This document shows, piece after piece, positions 57,854 through 64,000 of a stretch of DNA of 64,000 bases. Source of the DNA: Nanobdellota archaeon (GTDB lineage: Archaea > Nanobdellota > Nanobdellia > Woesearchaeales > WJKV01); NCBI GenBank assembly GCA_023133595.1, contig JAGLWF010000002.1:4905-68904 (forward strand), read 5' to 3'. Under the pieces are notes generated by a model, which was given only the letters and a program-made list of their open reading frames with translations, was not told the origin of the DNA and searched no databases. The position numbers and the translations under genes are program-made. Numbering within the stretch: the stretch's first letter is position 1; every line of letters begins with the position of its first letter.

Positions 57854-60481
57854 ATGACAGAATATATCCATAAAAAGGTGCAGAGCATCAAGTTCAGGGT
57901 AATGTCACCTAAAATTATCAAGAAGATGTCAGCAGCCAAAGTTGTCACACCAGAACTCTACGACAAGGAAGGTTATCCTGTCGACGGTGGACTGATGGAT
58001 ATCCGTCTTGGTGTCATTGATCCTGGTCTGACATGCAAGACATGCGGTTCAAAACTGAAAGAATGCCCTGGACACTCGGGATACATCGAGCTTGCACGTC
58101 CAGTCCTTCACATTCAATTTATCACTACTATCCTTAATCTATTGAGATGCAGCTGCCGGGAATGTGGCAGAATCCTTGCGTCTGAAGCAGAGATCGGTGC
58201 GCAGAAAAGAAAGCTGAAAAAGATTATCGCTGAGCGTGGACTGAAAGAAAAGAACACTGCGATCAAGACTTTCCTGCAGAAAGTAAGGACAGTCAGCAAG
58301 TGTCCGCACTGCAGGTCACGGCAGATACCAGTCACACTGGAAAAACCTACCCGCTACCTTGAGAAAGATAAAAGATTGTCACCTATTGAGATCAGGAGCA
58401 GGCTGGAAAATGTTCCAGACAATGATGTTGAACTGTTCGGCATTGATCCAGCTGCATTAAGACCGGAATGGATGATACTGACTATATTGCCTATTCCATC
58501 TGTAAGCATGAGGCCTTCGATCACACTGCAGTCTGGAGAACGTGCAGAGGATGATCTTACTCATAAGCTTGGCGACATTGTAAGGATTAACCAGAGACTG
58601 TTCGAGAACATCAATGCAGGCGCGCCAGAAATCATTATCGAGGACCTGTGGGACCTATTGCAATATCACGTTACAACATTCTTCAAGAATGATGTTGCTC
58701 AGCTTCCTCCTGCCCGGCACAGGAGCGGAGAACCATTGAAGACATTGAGCAACCGTATCAAGAGCAAACAAGGACGTATCAGGCATAACCTTGCCGGTAA
58801 GAGGACTAATTACAGTGCGCGTACTGTAATCTCTCCAGACGCAATGCTTAAGATCAACGAGGTCGGTGTTCCGTCACAGATGGCCAGGAAATTAACTGTT
58901 CCTGAAAGAGTCACATCATGGAACATTGAATACCTTAAATCATTGATCCAGAAAGGCCCTGGTGTTTATCCAGGTGCGAATTATGTTACACGGCCAGACG
59001 GCCGGAGAAAAAGGATCACAGACGAGACAAAAGAGGAGCTGCTTGAAGAGCTTGAGCCAGGATATACTGTAGAGCGACACATCATCGACGGAGATGTTGC
59101 ACTTTTCAACAGGCAGCCGTCACTTCACAGGATGAGCATGATGTGCCACAGGGTAAAAGTTCTTGACGGCAAGACCTTCAGGATGAATGTTGCTGTCTGT
59201 AATCCGTACAACGCAGACTTTGACGGTGATGAGATGAACCTGCACATCCCGCAGACAGAAGAGGCAAGGGCAGAAGCAGAAATTCTCATGGAAGTACAGA
59301 CACAATTGATCAGTCCTGCTTATGGATTGTCTGTCATGGGCTGTGTGCAGGACGCTGTCACTGGCAATTATATCCTGACAAGCGGAACAAAGATGTCGCG
59401 CCACGAAGCAATCTCATTATTATACTCACTTGGAATCGATGATTTCACGAAATTAAGAAAGAATGAACTGGATGGCAAGGAAATATTTTCAGCATTGCTC
59501 CCGAACGATTTCAAATTCAATGGAAGGAACAATGCATGCATTGCACCAGGAGACCCGTGCAAGAGCTGTCCAAAATGGAAGAACAACAAATGCCAGCTTG
59601 ACGCCCGTATCGATATTGTAGACGGGCAATTGATGAATGGAGTTATCGACAGCAAACAGCTGGCTTCTGGATCCGGGTTATTGCTGAGAAACATCCACAA
59701 GCAGTACGGTCCAGACATGACAGCAACCATCCTGACAAATCTTTTCAAGCTAGGTATCAAAGTTTTATTGAAGTATGGATTCACAGTCGGTCTTAGTGAT
59801 GCTGAATTGACAGATGATGTCGTGGCAGAGATCAAAGAGGAGATCAAGAAGGCATACGAGGAAGTTGAAGAGGTGATCGCGACATACAAAAGCGGAGACC
59901 TGAAAGAGCTTCCAGGACGTACTGCACGGGAAACTTTAGAGAACATGATTCTAGGAATACTGAACAAAGCCAGGAACAAGACAGGTGAGATTGTCGCAAG
60001 GCATGCAAAAGCAGACAATCCAATACTGACAATGGCAAGATGCGGACGTGGAAGAACACTGAATCTTGCAATGATGACTGCATGTGTCGGCCAGCAGTCG
60101 CTGAGAGGCGGACGGATCAGCGGCGGATTCCACGAGAGAAGCTTATCATGCTTCAGGAAGAAAGACCTTGGTGCAGCTGCTCATGGTTTTGTAAAGAACA
60201 GTTTCAAGGACGGATTGTCTCCTGCTGAATTCTTCTTCGGAGCAATCACAGGAAGAGACTCCCTGATGGATACTGCGCTTCGAACACCTAGATCCGGATA
60301 TCTTTACAGAAGATTATCTAACGCAATGCAGGATCTTAAGGTTGAATACGACCAGACAGTGCGTGACGCTTCAAAACAGATCATACAGTTCAACTATGGT
60401 GAAGATGGGATTGATGTTTCAAAATCAGAAAAAGGTACGATCAATGTACAGAAGATCGTAACAAATGTTTGCGGTGAATAA
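57854..60481 (+). CDS. rpoA1: RNA polymerase subunit A'
   Basis: Catalytic NADFDGDEMN, NRQPSLH, SGYL.RRL. Confidence 0.98.
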   Translation: MTEYIHKKVQSIKFRVMSPKIIKKMSAAKVVTPELYDKEGYPVDGGLMDIRLGVIDPGLTCKTCGSKLKECPGHSGYIELARPVLHIQFITTILNLLRCSCRECGRILASEAEIGAQKRKLKKIIAERGLKEKNTAIKTFLQKVRTVSKCPHCRSRQIPVTLEKPTRYLEKDKRLSPIEIRSRLENVPDNDVELFGIDPAALRPEWMILTILPIPSVSMRPSITLQSGERAEDDLTHKLGDIVRINQRLFENINAGAPEIIIEDLWDLLQYHVTTFFKNDVAQLPPARHRSGEPLKTLSNRIKSKQGRIRHNLAGKRTNYSARTVISPDAMLKINEVGVPSQMARKLTVPERVTSWNIEYLKSLIQKGPGVYPGANYVTRPDGRRKRITDETKEELLEELEPGYTVERHIIDGDVALFNRQPSLHRMSMMCHRVKVLDGKTFRMNVAVCNPYNADFDGDEMNLHIPQTEEARAEAEILMEVQTQLISPAYGLSVMGCVQDAVTGNYILTSGTKMSRHEAISLLYSLGIDDFTKLRKNELDGKEIFSALLPNDFKFNGRNNACIAPGDPCKSCPKWKNNKCQLDARIDIVDGQLMNGVIDSKQLASGSGLLLRNIHKQYGPDMTATILTNLFKLGIKVLLKYGFTVGLSDAELTDDVVAEIKEEIKKAYEEVEEVIATYKSGDLKELPGRTARETLENMILGILNKARNKTGEIVARHAKADNPILTMARCGRGRTLNLAMMTACVGQQSLRGGRISGGFHERSLSCFRKKDLGAAAHGFVKNSFKDGLSPAEFFFGAITGRDSLMDTALRTPRSGYLYRRLSNAMQDLKVEYDQTVRDASKQIIQFNYGEDGIDVSKSEKGTINVQKIVTNVCGE

Positions 60482-60483
60482 AT

Positions 60484-61629
60484 ATGAGTGAAGAACTGAT
60501 AAAAGAATATATAGACGTGATTCCAAACAGCCTACTGGACCAAGTCCGGAAGCATCTTCCTGCAAAAGCAAAGAAAGCTGAGGTCAAGAAGATACTTGAA
60601 CTGCTGAGAGAAGAATTCGACAACATGCAGATCGAGGCAGGGGAATGTGTAGGTCTTGTTGCTGCTGAAAGTATCGGCGAGCCTGGTACCCAGATGACCC
60701 TGAACACAAAACACTTTGGTGGTGTTGCAGAGCTTCAGGTTACTCTAGGTCTTCCTCGATTGATCGAGATTTTCGACGGCAGACAAAATATTTCAACACC
60801 TATGATGGAGATCTATCTTAAGAATCCTAAATGTTCTGTTGAAGAAGTCACAAAGATCGCTGGTAAGATCAAGGAGACACCATTATCAGAGCTTGCAAAA
60901 TCTTTTGAAGTCAATATAGCTGACGCTACCATCGAAGTCGAGCTTGACAAGGAAGCTGTTGCGCAGGCAGGTATCAGGGTTGCAACTATTGTCAAAAGAC
61001 TGCAGACCGGGTTGAAGAATGTTAATGTAAAAAATAAGGAAGATATAATATTTATCAAGGTCACCAAAGAAGGAGACGAGCTGAACAAATTATATGCTGT
61101 AAAAGAAACTTCAAAAGGAGTGTTTGTCTCTGGAATCAAAGGAGTGACACAGGTACTTCCTGTAAAGATAGGGGAAGAATATGTCATCAAGACCGCAGGC
61201 TCAAACCTGAAATCAGTCCTGAAGATGGATGAAATTGATACATACAAGACAAGGACAAACGATATCTTTGAGACATGCAAAGTCCTGGGATTAGAGGCTG
61301 CACGTCAGCTTATCATTGATGAAGCGCTTAATGTCCTGGAGACTCAGGGTCTTGATATCAATATAAGACATATCATGCTTGCAGCTGACACAATGACAGT
61401 TGCTGGAGAGATCCGGGGTATCACACGTTACGGAATTGTCGGACAGAAAAGTTCTGTTCTTGCGCGTGCATCGTTCGAGACTCCGATCAAACATATTATT
61501 GCAGCAGCTGAGAGAGGAGAGATTGATAAACTAAACAGTGTAATTGAGAATGTCATGATCAACCAGCCAGTACCGATCGGAACTGGACTTCCTGGTTTAA
61601 GAACCAAAGAACAAGGTAAAGGCACATGA
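60484..61629 (+). CDS. rpoA2: RNA polymerase subunit A''
   Basis: SIGEPGTQMTL.T.H, TLGLPRL.EI, SVLARASFE. Confidence 0.97.
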   Translation: MSEELIKEYIDVIPNSLLDQVRKHLPAKAKKAEVKKILELLREEFDNMQIEAGECVGLVAAESIGEPGTQMTLNTKHFGGVAELQVTLGLPRLIEIFDGRQNISTPMMEIYLKNPKCSVEEVTKIAGKIKETPLSELAKSFEVNIADATIEVELDKEAVAQAGIRVATIVKRLQTGLKNVNVKNKEDIIFIKVTKEGDELNKLYAVKETSKGVFVSGIKGVTQVLPVKIGEEYVIKTAGSNLKSVLKMDEIDTYKTRTNDIFETCKVLGLEAARQLIIDEALNVLETQGLDINIRHIMLAADTMTVAGEIRGITRYGIVGQKSSVLARASFETPIKHIIAAAERGEIDKLNSVIENVMINQPVPIGTGLPGLRTKEQGKGT

Positions 61630-61883
61630 TCGAAGATTTAAAAGAAAGGATTGCGAAAAAACTTGTGACAATAGGGACAGAGGCAACTTTAAAGAATCTC
61701 AGACAAGGAAATCTGGAAAAAGTGTTCATCACAAAGAATTGTCCTGAAAAGGTGCGTGATGACATAAAAGATTTCAAAGAGGATGTCGAGATTGTGGAAC
61801 TAGATAAGACAAACGAAGAACTGGGAGTTATGTGCAAGAAACAGTATGCGATATCTGTTTTGGGATTTCTAAAGGAGAAATAA
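61626..61883 (+). CDS. rpl30e: 50S ribosomal protein L30e
   Basis: IG...T.K, NCP, ELG..C.K...SV; conserved operon position. Confidence 0.9.
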   Translation: MIEDLKERIAKKLVTIGTEATLKNLRQGNLEKVFITKNCPEKVRDDIKDFKEDVEIVELDKTNEELGVMCKKQYAISVLGFLKEK

Positions 61884-62297
61884 ATGACCATTAAATATGA
61901 TATAAGAAGTATGCAACTTATGTCTTCGTTTGAAAAGATCACGAGAAGCAAGCTAAAAGATTTTTTCGAGACCGATGATATGCTTATCTTCATTGTCCAG
62001 CCAATGCAGTTGCGGAGAGCATTAGGCCCGCAGGGAAAGAATGCAAAGTTCCTGCGCAGAAAGTTCAACAAGAACATCAAGATTGTTGAATACAATCCTA
62101 ACAAGATCACATTTATCAAGAATATGATCTATCCGCTGAAAGCTTTGAAAATCACAGAAGAGGACGGTATAGTGACCATAAAAGGCCCGGATAGGGAGAC
62201 GAAAGCTTTATTAATAGGGAGAAATGCATCAAATTTGAGGGCATTAGAGGACGCTGTAAGGCGATATTTCGATGTCAAAGAGATAAAAGTTGTATAA
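61884..62297 (+). CDS. nusA: Archaeal NusA (KH domains)
   Basis: A.G..G.N...I..VEY; IG.N..N; conserved operon position. Confidence 0.92.
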   Translation: MTIKYDIRSMQLMSSFEKITRSKLKDFFETDDMLIFIVQPMQLRRALGPQGKNAKFLRRKFNKNIKIVEYNPNKITFIKNMIYPLKALKITEEDGIVTIKGPDRETKALLIGRNASNLRALEDAVRRYFDVKEIKVV

Positions 62298-62298
62298 A

Positions 62299-62736
62299 AT
62301 GGGAAAGAAGCCAAGAGGACTGAACGCTGGGAAAAAACTGGTAAAGAGACGTAGGACTGGCAGACGGCTTCATACAAAATACCTGATCCGGCTTCACGGT
62401 CTTAAAAAAAAAGCTGATCCACTAGAAGGAGCGCACCAGGCAAAAGGTATTGTCCTGGAGAAAGTTGAGCGGGAAGCTAAACAGCCAAACTCTGCTATGA
62501 GAAAGTGTGTCCGTGTCCAGCTTATTAAAAATGGAAAACAAATCACAGCTTTTGTTCCTGGTGATGGCGCGATCAAGATGGTTGATGAGCACGATGAAGT
62601 CATTGTCGAATGTATCGGTGGAACAAAAGGACGTGCAAAAGGAGATATTCCAGCTGTCAAATGGCAGGTCATCAAAACTAATGCTCAATCTTTGAAAGCA
62701 CTGCTTTCTGGAAAACTTGAAAAAGCTAGAAGATAA
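62299..62736 (+). CDS. rps12: 30S ribosomal protein S12
   Basis: [21 protein letters not shown]; ATG at 62299. Confidence 0.97.
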   Translation: MGKKPRGLNAGKKLVKRRRTGRRLHTKYLIRLHGLKKKADPLEGAHQAKGIVLEKVEREAKQPNSAMRKCVRVQLIKNGKQITAFVPGDGAIKMVDEHDEVIVECIGGTKGRAKGDIPAVKWQVIKTNAQSLKALLSGKLEKARR

Positions 62737-62738
62737 GG

Positions 62739-63335
62739 ATGGAAGCGAAATTATTCAACAAATGGTCATTCGAAGGGATCAAGGTAGACGATCCTGGACT
62801 GCAGAAATATATTTCCCTGAATCCTGTTATCATTCCAAAGACAGGAGCGCACTATGTTGGTGCACGTTTCCACAAATCAGATATAAACATCATTGAAAGA
62901 TTCCTGAACAAGATAATGGTTTCCGGGCATAAAGGCAAGAAACATTTCATAAGTTCTGGCAAGAATACAGGAAAAGCTGCAAACGCCCTAGAGATAATGG
63001 AAAAGACAATGCAGATCATTGAAGAAAGAACAAAACTAAATCCGATCCTTGTCATGGTCAAAGCACTTGAAAATGCTGCTCCGCGCGAAGAGATCATCAC
63101 AATCGAGTATGGTGGCGCGCGTTATCCAAAAGCAGTCGAGTGCGCACCCCAGAGAAGAATTGACATTGTCATCAGATACATGGTGCAGGGCTCTTTCCAA
63201 AAAGCCTTCAACAAAGGAAAGAAAGCACATGAGACATTGGCAGCAGAGATTATTAACGCATACAATCTTTCCAACCAATCATCTGCAATCGCAAAGAAAC
63301 AAGAACTGGAAAGACAATCCGATTCCAGCAGATAG
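62739..63335 (+). CDS. rps7: 30S ribosomal protein S7
   Basis: ENAAPREE, YGG..Y..AV...P.RR.D. Confidence 0.97.
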   Translation: MEAKLFNKWSFEGIKVDDPGLQKYISLNPVIIPKTGAHYVGARFHKSDINIIERFLNKIMVSGHKGKKHFISSGKNTGKAANALEIMEKTMQIIEERTKLNPILVMVKALENAAPREEIITIEYGGARYPKAVECAPQRRIDIVIRYMVQGSFQKAFNKGKKAHETLAAEIINAYNLSNQSSAIAKKQELERQSDSSR

Positions 63336-63336
63336 A

Positions 63337-63699
63337 ATGAAATCAATTTTCATTGCAGGGAGCCGGAAATTCTACGACAAAGTTTCAAATCTTATTGAAG
63401 AGATGAAAAAGAATAATATTAAGGCTGACAAAGCTGAGGAATGGGATCAGACACAGGAAGACACACTCGAAAGCGAGAAAAAAGCACTGTTCCTGGCTTT
63501 TGAAAAGATCGATGATGCTGATGTTGTGTATATCTTTGCTGACAACGGATACACTGGAAAAACTGTTGCAATAGAGATTGCCTATGCATATGCAAAAGGC
63601 AAAGAAGTTATTTCTTCTGAGGAGATTGAAGAGTTTTCTGCGCGGGCATTGATCTCTAAAATAATAAAACCAGAAGAGTTGATAGAATACTGCAGATAA
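63337..63699 (+). CDS. Small nucleoside 2-deoxyribosyltransferase/TIR-like fold protein
   Basis: MKSIFIAGS..F...KID.AD.VY.....GY.G.....EI.YA...GK.V; real start ATG 63337 within the track ORF. Confidence 0.7.
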   Translation: MKSIFIAGSRKFYDKVSNLIEEMKKNNIKADKAEEWDQTQEDTLESEKKALFLAFEKIDDADVVYIFADNGYTGKTVAIEIAYAYAKGKEVISSEEIEEFSARALISKIIKPEELIEYCR

Positions 63700-63731
63700 G
63701 TTATATAAATTCATGCCATTTCTTCTTACAT

Positions 63732-64000
63732 ATGGGGGCTTTAAATGATCTTGTTGCAATCATAGAAGAGAAGGTAGATCCATTAGACTTCTATAGAGAT
63801 GAAGCATATCAAGTGGCTCGCGTATTCAGGAAATGTTTCAAACAGTTAGGCAGGAATGTCGGAGATACAGTCGATGTGATGGAAGCTGTCAATCTTCGTG
63901 GCATGGCTATTTTCAAAGCTACAAATGTGGAAGAAATCCGCAAGAATATTGTAGATAATCATAACTCTCTTGAAAACTGGCCAAAAGCAGGGATAGTAGA
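63732..64000 (+). CDS. Hypothetical protein, partial
   Basis: Read manually: ATG 63732 behind a TTATATAA box; open to the window end (MGALNDLVAIIEEKVDPLDFYRDE...). Confidence 0.65.
   Translation, partial: MGALNDLVAIIEEKVDPLDFYRDEAYQVARVFRKCFKQLGRNVGDTVDVMEAVNLRGMAIFKATNVEEIRKNIVDNHNSLENWPKAGIV

Noticed and set aside
59530-59600. Cys-rich insertion in RpoA'
   Set aside because: Similar Cys-rich segments at this position are known in other archaeal RpoA' proteins
54545-61629. Split rpoB and rpoA genes
   Set aside because: Normal for many archaea

Overview
A 64-kb chromosomal segment of an archaeon, most likely a DPANN (Woesearchaeota-like) lineage. The assignment is inferred from archaeal information-processing genes, split rpoB, TATA-box promoters, a bacterial-type gpmI/rsmI/nrdR complement and giant secreted proteins. 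Housekeeping content includes alaS, rsmI, an XPD/Rad3 helicase, a DHH phosphoesterase, rnp4, rfbF/rfbG-like genes with a GT2, rps15, trmB, gpmI-eno, nrdR-nrdJ, acylphosphatase, three tRNAs (Tyr with 1 intron, Asp with 2 introns, Lys) and the rpoH-B''-B'-A'-A''-L30e-nusA-S12-S7 cluster. A single 20.4-kb gene (6797 aa) encodes a modular, sequon-rich surface protein. The most notable unexplained structures are: (1) a dispersed family of two related ~93-bp and ~99-bp inverted-repeat elements (8 copies at 5 intergenic loci) that occur alone, in tandem or nested in one another; (2) a Fic gene bracketed by a perfect 63-bp duplication of the gpmI 3' end, with no integrase; (3) a ~0.85-kb highly structured, apparently non-coding region at 7440-8300; (4) near-identical Ig-like spacer repeats and loop-nested payload domains in the giant protein, plus a structured leader and a downstream ORF resembling one of its internal domains; (5) bacterial-type NrdR boxes placed just behind an archaeal TATA box.
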